A DNA stretch of 64,000 nt from Phoronis australis (taxonomy: Eukaryota > Animalia > Phoronida): the NCBI GenBank assembly GCA_002633005.1, contig NMRA01000224.1, forward strand, positions 185,988 through 249,987, given 5' to 3'. Both the position numbers and the translations under genes were made by a program. The stretch's first letter is position 1, and every line of letters starts with the position of its first letter. Under the pieces are notes generated by a model that had not been told where the DNA came from, made no database searches, and saw only the letters and a program-made list of their open reading frames with translations. Shown one piece after another: positions 24,713 through 40,300 of this stretch.

Positions 24713-25484
24713 TCACTGTTCTGCAAGAGCACAAAAGAATGACATTTTAGCAAAACCTTATCAGCAATTTCAAGAACTTAAAAATCAGAACTCTTAGAAA
24801 ACCCTAAAAGACAAGTTTGGAGTGCAGTAGCCCTCAATAGACACAGTTGATAAATTCCATGCAAACCCACTGACCAATCAAGGCGGACTGACTAAAGAGT
24901 GAGAGCAAAAAGTAGTTGGTTAACATGAACCAGCTGTGCTGGAGAGAAGGAGCGATAAGGTCCCAAGACAGATGAGTAATAACACTACCCAGCAATATAT
25001 GCCAGCTTAACAAACAGACATCTAGCCAGGCAGGGGTGGGCCTGCTGCTGGTGCAAATTACCAGGTCAAATGGGGAGAACCTTGATGTTTTAACTAAATG
25101 TTTATATATGCAGGTCAAATACTTATTAAGTAAATTGAACTGCCCTGCTCATCAAGGTCACTATCTACCGCATTCAGGAGTGGTCAGAATTCAAATTGTG
25201 AAAAAGGATCAGAGACTCTTTGAAGCAGTTTAGGGTGAACAAACAGTCCATCCCCAATACTAAGATCCATGTCCTGCCACTAAGGAACTGTTGAAATGTT
25301 TAAGGAAATGCAGAAGTGTTGGAGCGATAAGTAATACTAGCATGCACACTTGAGTCCTGTCAACACACTCCCATTTGTATTCTACAATTTTATACAAAGT
25401 ACTGTCAAGACTTCCTTTGGGTAAAATCTCATCAATTTAGAAAACAATATGGCAAACTGGTGACATTTAATCTTCTCAAAGCTT

Positions 25485-25782
25485 CATGACACACTATTAA
25501 AATGACCCAAGGTCTGTATCATGACATACACACTATTAAAATGACCCAAGGTCTGTATCATGACATACACACTATTAAAATGACCCAAGGTCTGTATCAT
25601 GACATACACACTATTAAAATGACCCAAGGTCTGTATCATGACACACTATTAAAATGACCCAAGGTCTGTATCATGACATACATACTATTAAAATGACCCA
25701 AGGTCTGTATCATGACATACTATTAAAATGACCCAAGGTCTGTATCATGACATACTATTAAAATGACCCAAGGTCTGTATCA
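25485..25782. repeat. 35-39-bp minisatellite (cactattaaaatgacccaaggtctgtatcatgacataca), ~8 copies
   Basis: Direct periodicity with 4-bp indel variants. Confidence 0.95.
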
Positions 25783-28002
25783 CAGCTACCAACGAGCACT
25801 ATTTCGAAAAATTGTGGGCTTTCACAACAATGTTGGAAGCCGTTGAAAAATGAAAAAAGTGCCATTTACGTCCAAAATTGGTGACATTTTATCATACGAT
25901 TATCAATGTTCACGGGAACAGGTGTTCATAAAAATTCTCAACCTAAAGTCAAATATTACAAGTACACATTCGAAAAAAAACAGATAGTCCAGATAGTCCA
26001 TTACTTCAATCACTTCATGTCTCACTTTAACTTCAGAAGATTTAACTGTTAGGCACTTGACTAAGTGGTTTAGAAACCCGATTCCAGTGTATTTGGAATG
26101 TCAATTTTTTCTCTTAGCAAAGTAGATTTTGAGGTTCCCAGAAAGCTGATACTCCCCTCAGAAAGTCTATCTTTGCATGTAAAAGTTTAACGCCCTCTGC
26201 ATGTAAAAGTCTAACGCCCTTTGCATGTAATGCACATTACAGTAGACGTTAGTGCGCCTAGACGTTATCGTTTATTCGATTGGACTTGCACAGTAACTAG
26301 TCGCGATTTCAACAATGTTCGTGGTGTAACATACATCAAGATTTTCTGAAACAGAGTCTCGTCGGCAAAAATACACATCTAGTCGCATTTTGGTGCAACG
26401 AAACTTTAAACTTTGACGCCAAGTTTATTTTGTATCTACCAATGTATGTCTGACTTGTGAAAATGGGCCAGCATTTCTACACCAGACGGACACTATTGGG
26501 CTTATGTAATTCTGTTTAATTTATACATTACATGTTACTGTCAAAACAGAATATTCCACCAGGGGTTATGTCAACAGTAGATCTCTGGCATAACATAAAC
26601 TAAAGATATTGGAAAAGCCCTAAAGAGTCCTGTTTCTATTGCCAATTAGCTAGAACAACTGATAACTGGTGAAGGACTGGACAGTCTGTAATGACTTAAT
26701 GATTTAGAAACACAGTTACTCTAAATGCTGTTTGTACTACATTACATCACTCATAGCACTGTAGTTAAATGTGATGGAACTCCAAAGAGAAAAACTCTAC
26801 TTAGAATTAGAATTGTTATGAAACTCCAATGGTGGGTATCAAATTGAGGATTACCGCAATGCAAGATTGAAATACCCATTTTTCCCACAAAAAATGACAA
26901 TAATGGTAGGAACGGGAAAGTATTCTTATTCCCAATGATTTTGGAGACGTTTTTGTGTTTTTTCAATTTTGTAAAATAAGCTGCACTAAGATGTTTATTT
27001 CCGCAGAACATAAGTTCTCAGTTTAATTTCACCACAACAGTTACTGACCCAAAAACAACAACTGCACTGCGCTCGTCAGCCCCCAAACCAGCACCATCGA
27101 AAACCTTCCAATCGACCAAACGCTCAATGGCATCCTGCAATGTCTATCTCCCTCTGGTTAATAGTTCTCATTAAATGCTCAACAAGTAAGCCTCCAATTA
27201 GCCACATACAGCCCACCCCATCCAACATGTCCTTACTCATCATGGCCAGCACAGCTGTCACTGCCAGCTGCTCTGGCTGGTCTCGTACACTGAACTCATA
27301 ATGAGCTGTTTTTTTTAATAACTGAAGAATACTGCAGAGAAGAAAGGCACTTGAAACCAAGGGCAACCAGCCACCAAGGGAGGAGAAAGCGTTGAAACCA
27401 AAGCAACCACCCACTAGTAGGTTTCATCTCTACCATCAGTGGTAGACAAGCACACACACCCCACATCCCCCNCCCCCCCCCCCCCACCTGATCGCAAATC
27501 TGCTAAGAATCCCTATAAGCCCAGTCAATGCACATGTTGGTTACAATGGCCCAAAATATTTGGTAACACCTTCAGGTGTTAAGTAATCAGTTACTTTTCC
27601 AAGAAATCACCAATGAAAACCAACTGGGTACTGCAACAGTGAAATGTCAGAGAGTTAACACATGCAACAACAGGAAGGGTACGAAATGAAAGATATACCA
27701 CAGAGAATGTTTACATCAAAGGCATGCTCAAGATGAAATATTGTCAACAACACCAACATAGTGGACACAGACAGTTTTCAATTGAGTCGGCAAATGAGAA
27801 TAGCAGATGGACACTGGGAAGCAACTCTCACTGTAGGAGCTGCCATCAGGAGCAACAGACACAGAATGTAATGCTGAACACTAGAGATGACTGGTAATAA
27901 AGGGAGCTAAGAAAGAATGTAGCACTTTCTTAAGCTTTGCAATAAGCAGGACTGAGCCAAACAATGAAGATTTAGACATCACTTGGACAGACATCAAATG
28001 CA

Positions 28003-28003
<1 letters not shown>

Positions 28004-28085
<82 letters not shown>

Positions 28086-28120
28086 TGTGTGTGTGTGAGT
28101 GTGTGCGCGCGCGCGTGTCT
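28004..28120. repeat. (GT)n microsatellite with short (GC)n
   Basis: Direct inspection. Confidence 0.97.
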
Positions 28121-29277
28121 GTGTCTATGTCTGAGAGTGTCAGCAAACACTCGTCTGAGTACAGACACAATTGCATCATGGGACATTTAAACTCTGCACA
28201 CTTGCACTGTTCCTTTAGCTCATATACAATATACGTTGACCAACACATTCTCAGCGAGATCACACCTAAATAATGCAAGATGTCCGAGTGTTTCACCTGT
28301 GTATGTTCAAAAATGGAGCAGCCAACCGGCGCCATCTAAGTACCAGGACTGCAACTAGGGCTTGACTAGAGTATTAAATCATAGATGTAGACAACAAGTA
28401 AACACCTACAAAGGTTTACTATGAAAGTTCCACAACAAATAGGAGTAAACATCACATTAACATGTAAACTTGTTCCCTATTCAGGTAAAATAATGCAAGA
28501 CGCTCTGGCAGCCCTAACAGACAAGTGACTGAGGACAACTCTTAGGATAATCCTCCCAATCTACGGTAGGCAAACTAGAGAAACCATCCCATAGGAAAAC
28601 GCTGCAGATATACGCTGCATCACACAATCATGTGTGGTTGTTTTCTATCAAGTCCCTGAACGCACTCCCACTACACACAGTGGCTACCCCACAAGAATAC
28701 CTACATGCCAGGTACAAGCCACACATGTTTCAGTCTGGCAGGAATGAAGGTTGAACCAAACAATCCAATGGGGAAAATGCTGTTCTTGTGGCCACAAATA
28801 GTTTACATTGACATTGAGGAATTCCCTTCAGAGCTGCCCGTTTATCACCCTACAAGAGGGCTTGAGGATATTGCAGTGTCCTGGTGGACGGAAATTACTT
28901 CAACAAGCTTCTCATGAGTTGATGAGGACCAAATGTTAAGTGCGGAAAGAACAGACTGCTGCAGGTATTCGGTTAAATAAACATAAAAAAACCAGTCAAG
29001 GTCAATTATAAGTATCGGCAGAGGGGATATTTTTTAACATTTTCTGCGAGCAAAGAAGCACCCAACTGCGACATTCCATAAACTGAAATTGTCAATAACG
29101 ATCTCAACCGATTGTTTTGTCCACTGAAAATGTAATCAGTACAGTTCGGTAACACCCCTACATTGGCACAAACTTGGTTGAAGGCACAACTGTAATTTTT
29201 GTTTGAAAGCTTAACAGGAGATTGCATAGAGACTGCAAGTGAGTATGCATTAAGCTCTCTAAAAAAGTACAGTTGTG

Positions 29278-29545
29278 CCTTCAACCAAGTCTGTGACAGT
29301 GAAACGAAAACTTTCCACTCAATCTGACTTTTCACTAGTTAAGTAAAAATAATCTTTCTTCCTTTTGGTCTTGGTTTTTGTGATACTTAACTAGAACTCG
29401 AATGCGTGGAAAGTTTTCATTTCACTGTCACAAACTTAGTTGAAGGTAATTACTGAGCAAGTATATATAAAGGTATCTAAAAAATTACAGTCGCGCCTTC
29501 GACCAACTTTGTGACAGTGAAATGAAAACCTTCCACTCCATTTGA
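29278..29545. repeat. Direct-inverted-direct triplet of a ~45-bp motif, probably MITE-internal
   Basis: ccttcaaccaagtctgtgacagtgaaacgaaaactttccac at ~29278, its reverse complement at ~29407-29446, and a direct copy at ~29496. Confidence 0.7.
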
Positions 29546-30349
29546 GTTCAAGTTAAGTACCACATATGCGATATATAAAGACCAAAAAAAAAGAAAAAAG
29601 CGGATTATTTTTCGGTGGAAAAATCTAATGTAATTTTTTTCACAGCCAGATTCCCCGAGAAATTGTGCCGTTCCATTGAATTGCCTATAACAGCCCTATT
29701 TTTGTTGTTGGGAGCTCAATATGCCCACTTGCCAATGTCAGCAGTCTACAGCAAGATGAGTAAAGCCTGTTGGTCCTTTGCAGGGGCATTAAGTAATTAA
29801 CTGTGTATCTGACCACTTATCATTCCTCTCAGTGTGCACTTTGGATAGTGTTACACATGCATGGTAATTAGTACCACAGTGCAATATGGCTACCACTGTT
29901 TATTTGTTCAACATAACTCAGAGGTAACCACAACTGGTTGGAACATTTTGAGGGTGAATGGCTGACTTGATTTGCTAATGAGCCAGAAGCAGTTGCATAA
30001 CGAGATATCAAGTAGAAAGTGTCAGACATTTTGCAATGTGTAGGTACTCAAAACACCGACTATCAATTTTGATTCAAAGCTCAAAAACAAAAAAACTCAG
30101 GAGTCCTAACGGCCACTGAAACCAGAGCAACCAAAAACATTGATATATGTCCAGTGATGCATCACAAATGGAATGCTGGTGTGTTTATTGGTATCATAAA
30201 TAAAAATTACCACCAGATGGCACAGAATATGTCAAACCCTCTGAAAATGGGAAGGTTATGTTGTCTCCCTAACGAAGGCCTAATAGCCGAATTTCATGAA
30301 AATCCGGTCACAGAGGCGACTGCAAAAAAGAAAATAAATTGCAAATAGC

Positions 30350-30960
30350 AGCCACTGTGATAGTCAGATCCATTCAAACGAAGGTAACATCTGCTGCCAC
30401 ATCCACAGGATTACACTAGTCACCTTTCACTAAAGAACCCACAAGGGATTAAGGAGCTACAGTTGTAGATACAAAAAATAAAAAAGGCTACTAGGGGGCA
30501 CTGCATCAGTTGGACCCATTTGAAAAAGAACATTACTTATGCTGCTATCAGTAGAAAAACATCTGCCAATTTTCTTAATGCCCCTCTGGGTGTTTTTGTC
30601 TCCTTCATACAAACCTATTTACCAAATTAATTGAATTCTGACTAGGAACTCTGAAGATATAGAGATAAACATCAATAACTATAATTGCCACAAGGGGGCA
30701 CAGCGGCTGTCAGATATGTCCAAAAGTTGTTGTCATCCATTGTCACATTCATAGAAATACACTAGCCAGATTTAACAAAGTTCCATCAACTCTGCAGATA
30801 AAGAGGCCCTATTTAAATACCAAATTAGCGCAAGTCGGATTTTATCCGGAAGTTGCCGTAATTTTTAGACAGTTCTATAAGAACACATCTGCCAACTTTC
30901 AAGAAGATACTTGAAGGGGTTTTAGAGATACAGCAGCAGGCGTGGGACACCAGACAACAG
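30350..30960 (+). repeat. Degenerate copy of the gccactagggggc satellite-like family seen at 43270-44305
   Basis: ggctactagggggcac and gccacaagggggcac...tgtccaaaagttgttgtc resemble the units at 43420 and 43850. Confidence 0.6.
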
Positions 30961-32643
30961 GCGACCAGATTGAGATGAAAGCAAAATCATTGTCACGTGT
31001 AAAATCTTACGAATAATGGGTGAAGATATTTGCCAAAATGGATATTAATATTCAATTTTGAAAAGTTTCTAATATTGTTGTTAAAGCCTAAAACTTTAGT
31101 TTTCCACTCGTGGTGTCTTAAAAATTGGCAAGATTTTACTGTTGTACCAAGAAATCACTCAGAAATATCAGCAACAGGAATAAACACATCTGCAAACGAA
31201 ATTATCCCCAACAAATGTCTGCAGTCTGGTTGGAGCAGGTAAAAAATGGCAGCAAAACAACTGCATTATCTGGCTTCTGTCATCGCCTCTAGAGAGCCAA
31301 CGAATGAAAATCTATCAAAACAACAATGCTTCACAGGAATAAAACACTAAAATTTGTTGAAACAAAGCACATATGCAAAAACCTCACCCTGGAGATAAGA
31401 AAAAAATGCCAATTCCAAAAATAACACCAGTGAGCCAAGATGGCCGAGTAATTATCATGCAGGAAGTACATGAGTCATGTTAGTCTACATGAGACTCATT
31501 AATTTGTAAGTACAAATTCTGCCGATGGAACCCAGGAACAGCCTGCCTCCCTTTGTCTTCAATATAATCTACGAGGATAAAATAATCCCCAGGAGTAGGT
31601 TGTATTCACTCACCAGCCAATCAAACAAAGCATTAATATTGATTAGACCGACATACAAATAATGACAAAGCCAAGGATGATCAGCCCAAGATCTATTAAT
31701 ATTTATTCAACCACCAACTTTCAAACAAAGTGTCACCTCCATAACTTCACATACCCCAGTCTAATGCTGCGTCAATTTATATCAAACCACCATAAACAAA
31801 TTTAATATATTAAATTTTCATGGCTTGTCTAGAGGGTTAGGGTTACAAAGTTTTTTCAATTGCAGACGAAAATGTTTTTGAAGGCATCACTGCTCCAGTA
31901 CAAACTCTTTACCAAGTCTCGTAATCAGATGTACAGCACAAGCCATGCCAACAAAGCTACCCTTACTTAATATTCATCTTAGTTTGTTGAGATTTGATGA
32001 AATTACAAAATTCCTGTTGTGGCTTACAGTCAACAGTTCCTGTACCTCCCAACCAAATTATCAATAACGACTTATCTATGTACTCTCCCGTTGCTCGCAC
32101 AAGGCTATTCATTCTGAAAACTACAATAAAATAATTGAAAGTAAGAAAACAATTACAAAAAATGAATTTGAAGAAGGCTCATTTCACACTAGCAGAAGCC
32201 CCTGTTCAATAGCACTTGCGTTATGCAATAAATCAACATAAATGTTGACACCAACACAAAAATTTCAAATGAAAACAAAATCTGATGACTTCAACTAAGA
32301 AGATTTCCATGTTTTAATTCGGTGAAATCAAGGCTACATCAACAAACCAATCCCTTCATCCCACCACAAGATCCTGCCAAAGTAAAACAATGAGGCACCC
32401 TAAAAACACACATTAATCAGCACTGCAGTTCTAATGTGGCAAAAACAAACAAATGTCTTCTGAAGATAAGGCTTGGTGATAGTGTGGTAACATAATACCA
32501 GGGCTAACCAAGAATGGAAATATCAGAAATAGCCGCCAGCAAAGTCTACACCATTGTTAGATGTCAGTAAAGCTGAGGATGAGCTTCAATGATCATGTTT
32601 CAACAGATCCTTGTCTGAGGATCTGCTCCAGTGCTTGGTTAAT

Positions 32644-32698
32644 GTGACACCCTGGCTACCTATAGTGACACCCTGGCTACCTATAGTGACACCCTGGC
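32644..32698. repeat. 21-bp tandem repeat (gtgacaccctggctacctata), ~2.6 copies
   Basis: Direct inspection. Confidence 0.85.
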
Positions 32699-35600
32699 AC
32701 ACTCTTTCCATTAACAAGTCTGGGTATGTTTGGACAGATCTTGAAAACTCATCTCCTCCATGTCCATTTGCACAGCCATGACATCAATCAGTTCCCTTGA
32801 CATACATCTGGCAACAATGTTCAAGTTTTGAACTGGATGGATCATTTTCTTGAAACATTAGTATTGTTAAACCTCCATTTTTTCCAGAATGTTTTAATCA
32901 ACAAACGATTATAAACCTAAACAGTAATGTTAAGTAATGCTTAGACATCAATACTTATAGGAATACAAAATACAGGACAGCTACCTGTAATTTATTTGCA
33001 AAAAAACGAACCGCGTATTCCATTCACACCAATTGCAGGCGACCAAAAAAAATTATGAGCAGCAGACTCTCAGCCCAACTTGTGACCTGAACACACACAT
33101 GAAAGATTTGGACAGCGTTGACACCTATGACCCTATAAGTGCTTCCACCCTGATCTTTATGAATATTTGCTTAACATTCTTGAGGAAAGGGTAAAAAACC
33201 ACAAGAGAGCCGATGGATAATGAAGACCAGATCATATGGCAGACTCCACTCAAGACCAGGGCAGTGTTGCCCCCTGGTTGAACACAACAAGATTCCTGTG
33301 GTTCAATGTTAGATGGTTGACAGAGGGAAGAATCCAACAACTAAATACGCCTACTAACGAGCAATAACTATTCACGAAATCAAAACATGGTCACCCCAAC
33401 AAAATCCATCTCAGAACTTCCCTATCAGGCTGCCTGTTATCCAATAGGTTCTCAACTTACATACCATGAAAAGTATTCATAATATTTAGGAGTAAAAAAA
33501 GTTCAGAAAACCATATTGCAGGCAAGCTCTTCCAAATTAGACTGCTTCAATTCAAAATTTCACAGCCTCGGAGCTGATCTCTCAAGTTCACCCTAGCGTT
33601 GAAGCCTTTGCTGTCATGACAAGGAATTGTTCAAGTCTAGTAAGACAGGTTTACTTAACGTACCTATGTCTTTAACGCATATTGAAGCAGCGCTTGGAAA
33701 AAGAGTGCCACTTTAAGAAAAGCCCATTGTCTTAGCAGGACTAACAAACAATGTAGCGTCTCTCTATCAAGCCCATGTTTAAACTTGGCTCTTGCATATG
33801 AAGTTATCAATTTACCTGCAAATTCCCCAGGTATTAACCCAGATAGGGTTGTTTGTTTTAACACCATTCCTTGTTTCTGGATACCCATAATCCCCAGATT
33901 TCTGACTCTCACGTTTCCACGTACTAAGCGTTAACTCGACAAAATGTGGTATTCTGGAACAAGTCCAATTTTAACGCATTGAATTTTCCTTCCATTGACA
34001 CAAGTAAATGCTAGAATGGACTTTGCAGGTATACAGCTGCAGTTGCTTGTATTTTACTGTCGAGGTCAGCTAATCATGCGGCCATATTTCCACTACACTG
34101 GTAATTAACGCAAGTGATCAATCATGATCTTGGTAGGATTCAACACTACAGTACAAAGTTTTGTCAAGGCGACCACGACTACAGTGGCAAGAACAAGACA
34201 AGCATGCGTACGCTTCCACACTGGCACATCAGAAACAGCCCATTGTTTCTGTACCTTTCAAAATTCAAGTCTTACTCACTCGTTATCTTGAAGTCTATAT
34301 GTTGTAACTCCAAACCAGTGCATCAATCGGAATTTTGTTCTCTTTCAAACAAAATTTCAGGGGTGCGGTTAAAACATTAGAATTTGAGTACTTCAAAACA
34401 CAAGAACGAGACCACCTTACAAACTGATACAAAATTAATTTGAGATGAAACCCCAAGCATTCATAATCAGTGAAGCTAAGACCGCCAAAACCAGCCAGCA
34501 GAGACAGATATCAACAGAACAAAAAGTGTGTTTAAACTAAACAATCTGGCAGACATGTAGCAAATACCTATTAACCACAGCCACTGGGGAAATAAGAATC
34601 CCCTCCAACACCAGTCACCTGGTAAGGCCAGATACCAATCAACCACAGCCACCAGGGGGAGTAAGAATAGTCAACCTCCATGGGCAGCTGCAACTGACAC
34701 AAGTCACCTGGTAAGGCCAAATATCCACAATCATTCAATGAGGGAGTAAGTACTACAACTGCTACATACACAAATAAGAGACCATAAGTAATACAATAAT
34801 ACAATATAACACCGATTAAAAAGCCACAGTCTAAGTCGACAGGTGAATGCACTCAATGACTGTTTTTTTTGGCCATGAATAATTGTTTAATATCTGCTAT
34901 TATAACAGCATCGTGTGGCACAGAAATTCTAGAATGTGTTAAGTGAGTGCACGCCATTGTAAAGAATGTTCACATAAGCTCAGGCAACAAACAGCTCAAA
35001 TGACGAGTTTTCGCTACAGAACACTAACACAGATATACCAATACTGATTCGTTATCCACAAAAACATGGGATATATGTATAGTTGGGATGTAAACATTAC
35101 TTTCTTCTTCAGCCTCAGAACTGCAGAAATCCCAAGTCTGCTAACGTATCACCTCGACACACCATGTTTAGCGTTGATAACCGCGGGAGCAGCATGAATT
35201 ATTAACTATTTTTTCAGATAATCAGAGAGATTAAACTAACAACACGAAATTAAGTCAATTCATGCGGGACGTACTTGAAACTAATCCAAAGTACAATGTA
35301 CAACTGATCAAACCTGTCCAACATGTAGCCGAATGGAATGTGGACTCCTGAGGTGTAAGACTCAGCTACAATGTTAAGGCTTATGCAATTAAACCTACCA
35401 CAAAATCTCACCAAGTTAGGACACAATATGACTGACAGTCTGACAAGTGAAATTTTCTTTCGTTCTTCACGAAAGATGAATAAATTTGAAACCATTTTAA
35501 GAACAAAGTAATAGTTATAGTACCACTAGACAATGTTTCTGAGAAATTGTAGACATAAGACAACATTGTTAGAAGCTTTTGAATAATGAAGACAGGCCAA

Positions 35601-36920
35601 AATTGGCAATTATTCTCACCAATTGGTGAGAATTTATTGTACTTGGTCATTCCAAAGAAATAATCGTGCACATGAAGCCCTAGGAATGGTGTTAATTTCC
35701 TACAAATCTGTAAAGACTCTAGCACACATGGTATAACTGAAATTGTAATAAGTACATTTTCTGTTTCTAAATCACCATGTGTGTGGTTTAAGCTTTGCTA
35801 ACATTCAAACAGTTTGGAGTTTCAAAACATCCCATCGCGATACGTTGCTTCACCCTTAACTTCAGACCTTTTATTTTTCACAAAATGCTCTCAGTCATCA
35901 CCATAGATACCGGTGACACCAAAATATTGAAACCACATTTTCGAATTTGACATTCCCAAATTTCTAACGCTGAAAACATGGCGATGGTATTTTCAAAAAA
36001 GAGTCACATCGATAATTTAGAAATAAATAATATGAGGAGAAAGTTCTCTCATGAGAAAAATACACTCTTACAGAATCACTAACAGTGAAAACTTCGCTTT
36101 ATCTGAAAACAATAAGTCGATAAAGTCCCAAATTCAGTCATTTTTACTCATCATTACAGGAAGCTATTCACTCACTAGTCACTTAGTCCAAATACCTAGA
36201 ATGTGGGAAACCCACCTCCAACCCATCACCTCCTTTTACCTGTGTGAGTTTTAGCTCACCTGAACAATACCAGCCACAGGTGATCAGCACACACCAGCTC
36301 ATACCTGAGTGAAGCATTACATTACTCAAGCAGCCTGATTACACAAGTAAAGTGTATACAAAAAGACGGTCATTCAATGTTGAGCCAATTGGAGCTAACT
36401 GACCCGTACATAACCAGTGCTGTAACACAAAATACATTGGTGGCAAAAATAACGACAGATGTGCAATTCTTTCTCAAATAAAACATAAATATATTCCAAT
36501 ACAAAAATGTAGTTTTGTATCTGGACATTCCATTTAGTTCACTACCTCGAACTTAGGAAAAAGTCAAGCAAACTCCAACATAAATGCCAGACCGTACAGA
36601 CCCGCAGAAGGAATAACTCACTCCCAAACACCTTTATGGCAAAACTTAATGAAACTGAAGTTTAACTTTTAAAACCATTAAACTTTTTTAATAGTTTCCT
36701 CATTGTTGGGTTGCTATTCAGGAAATGTGAAGTAAAACTTACATACCCACTCTCACACCTTCGTGACAATAAGGTTCATCAACTAATAACAGTGTTTAAT
36801 ATCATGAAATGATCAAACCTAATAACATTAAAATTGGCATTACCGATGTATGGTATCCGGAAAATTACTCCTTGAATTTGAAACCCATTGTGAAATTCAA
36901 ACCAACTCCATTTTCCTTAA

Positions 36921-37373
36921 GGGCCTTTCATACTAACATCGACGTGTCGATGGTTTGGGGAGTTGCGGTCAGTATGAACGCTTAACTCCGGTCCTGGATC
37001 GCAGTTAACAGCTCCAGTTAACATTGCAGTTAAAAGGTGGATTTAAGACCACAGCGTCGACGCTGCGGTGCAGTATGAACGCTTAACTCCGGTCCAATCG
37101 AAGTTATCGCCAGGTGCCACTGTTATCATCAACAGTTACAAGGTAGTGTCGTCACTTATAGCTGCTTAAATTTTCTCTAATAGCAACCAATCGATTTAAA
37201 AATAAGTTTAATGTCACAACGCTACCTTGCGATAACTTCGATGACGACAGCGGCACACAACCGCTTACTTTGATGTTCATTAACTACCGAATCCAGTAGG
37301 AACGGTCCAGTTAACTGCAATGTTTACGTCCACGCTCCGCTCAGACCGGAGTTAAGTCAATATGAAAGGGCCT
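36921..37373. mobile_element. PIF/Harbinger-type MITE
   Basis: TIRs gggcctttcata...tatgaaagggcct flanked by taa/tta. Internal repeats (cagtatgaacgcttaactccggtc x2, inverted copy gaccggagttaag). Confidence 0.75.
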
Positions 37374-40300
37374 TTAGAAACTTAAGTATACTTAACCCCA
37401 GAAATGATCACAAAACAGAAGTAGATAACTAATTAATCCACAAAGCAGAACAAAGTATGATGTAGTTTTGAGTGGTTACCAAACATCCCTTTAGCACTCA
37501 GAATACCAGAGTTCATTGGCCACTTAATCAGAGGAAAGAATGGTGATTAAATTTATCTAATGTTCTTATTAACTATAGAGAAAACCAGCTTTCACATTCA
37601 AAATAATGGACAGGACCACCAATGAACATGGCATCTGGCTAATGTCAAAAACGCCTGGATCAGTGGCCTATGGCATGTGCTCTAATAGGCTAACTGATGC
37701 CTAGGAGGGAGGCTCATGTCACAGCCACACACTCAGGCCATTCTGTTCAAACTGACATATTAGAAAACTGACTAGAGTTCCCTGAACTGATCTTAATTGT
37801 TAACAATAAGTTCCTCTATAAGTGCTGCCAAGAATACTTAAGTATGGGCCAGAATACTTAAATATGGCTTATAATACTTTTATGTGGACATGACATAAAA
37901 GCACTCTTGATAAGTCTGCACTAAGAATCTCAGTAATAAAAAACTACAAAACTCAGTTTGAAGCACAGTCCAGGCGATAAACATGCAGTAAAAATTGCAT
38001 GTGTGACCACCTACAATGAGATTTTGACACCAAAGGGCAAAAACCGATTTATCTAATAGTCAGTGTGCACTCACTAAACACACGGTATCACAAAACTTAA
38101 CACGGAGTTAAACGAAGATACAACCCATGTGCAACTACCTTACAAAAATCGCACACTTACGTAGAAAATTCAGTGGCGATTGCTGAAATTTAACAATAAA
38201 AAAGAATAAAGCAAATCCGAGAACTTTTCTTTCTAATTACCGTCTTCTGTCAAAAAACAATGACTTAGACCACAAAGGTACTTCAGAAACACAATAACAG
38301 TATCAATAGCATGTCCAAATTTCTTTTGATATTAATGTTCAAGATAGGTGTCTAGATTTCCTCCAATACTAAAGTTCAAAGATAACGTCTCAGAAATGCT
38401 GTAAGGTAAAGTTTTCTAAATAGTAATTTCATTTACATTTTAAACAGCTTTTGAGTTTTCTTCTCATGAAAAGCATAAAAATTCTATTTTTGACAGCCCC
38501 TCAGGCAAAAGTGGAAGATTGCAAAAAACATTTCCCAACAAATTTGTGGACAACAGAAGGTAAACCATAGCAGCTGAAACTTTCATATGAATCCGATTAA
38601 CTATTTGTGAGATATGTTGTTCTAAAGTCAGCCAAATTTGGACGTTTTTACATGGTCCCACGCAAACTGGAAGGAAAGGAGTGCACTATAGGTTCACCTA
38701 ACAGGGAATGAAACAACTCAAAATTTAATCCCCAGTGTTAGGACAACATGACTGGCTGTATTACAGAGTGCAAAGTATACACAGTACCACCAAACGCGGC
38801 CAGAAAAATCAATACAATGACTAATAATGCGGTCTTATTACAAATTTTACAATTGAGCATAGAGTAATTGATATGGTACTAGAACATAAAAACTGTTTTA
38901 ACAACGATTAAAATGGTACTTATTGATTTTTTAAAACAGATATATTAACTCAAACTCGCTCATTTCTCCATACTTTTCTGCTCATACAAACAATTTTGAG
39001 AAATTGAAGAAACAACTAATAATACTCACACACAACTGCTGCCTGTCAAAGTCAGTGATCAAGTCAACACACTAGCAATCCTCTCAATGACCAACATGGA
39101 CTGAACCATTGATAGACAGAGGGGGTTCAGGAAGTGACTCATGTTTGGAAAGGCATGCCTCTCATCACCATATCTTAATGACAATTGGTCACCCATCATT
39201 AAACTTTCTTGATAGCTTAAATTAAAATGGCTACAAAACAAGAGAAGATCTTGCCACCACTTATTCACTTCGTGCTTTTTCCTAGTAGCTGAACCATAAA
39301 ATATAAACCCTGTTTACCCAAACTTTAACTGTTATATAGATAATTTGAAGTAGCAGTATTCCTACAAGGTATGTAAACAGTGTGGTTATGACCCTCCCTG
39401 GAATCTGGAATACTTGGAGTTTGACAGTACACAAGAATGAGGTGTAACTACTTGTTCATAAATAACTGATGGAAGGAATTGCTCAAAATTCAACAAACTT
39501 CCATGAACGAAGGGTTACTGACAATTTCTCCAAATAGTTATTTTAATCTTTTTAAAAGTTTACTGTATAATGGCCAATTAGACCAGTTGACAGGTGTGAC
39601 TGAAATTATCCACAAAGTTGTTTTTGTTGAGAATGTGACAAAAAGAAATTCCACTTTTTCATCAACTTGCATACAAAGCTGAAAAAATTCAACAACACCA
39701 CATCACCAAATCTCGCCAACTGGCGCTTGATTGCATTTTGTCCCGGTGGTTTCTTATCCGGCTGTGAGTAGCACGATTCAATAGAAAACGAACTTAACGA
39801 AACAAAAATTATTGGTTCGTGAACCACAGCAACACACAAACACGTCAATTCATTTCATATTTTTTTGAAATAAGTAATTTTGTGCCTTAGCAAGACCCCA
39901 TGAATGTAGCATTGATGTATTAAAAGTGGAAAACAGTACCACCATTAATCAATGTGAGTATACACGCATACAGCTGCTGAGATTGCAAAAGCAATTGCTA
40001 TTACAAAAATGCATGGTGTGCATCTCTCTAACAGTCAAGTTTGCTTCAACAAAGCGCGGGCTAGCGGTTAACAAATCACTTGGCAGCAATCCACAACTGC
40101 AGAGAGTCAAGTCTAACACTGTAGCAGGAAAAGGCGATCAATAGAACAATGTGTGACACAGCGTTAAATGTATTAACCAATAAAGCAGGAATAATTTTTA
40201 AAAGTGCGTGGATGTGAGGTCAAGTGCATTTGCCCAGGTTATCAGTAAATCATTGAGCCCTGATAACTGTTATATACAGCTGACCTATGACTCAAGTAGA

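Noticed and set aside
27881-28335. His-Thr and Cys-Val repeat ORFs
   Set aside because: Translations of a (GT)n microsatellite.
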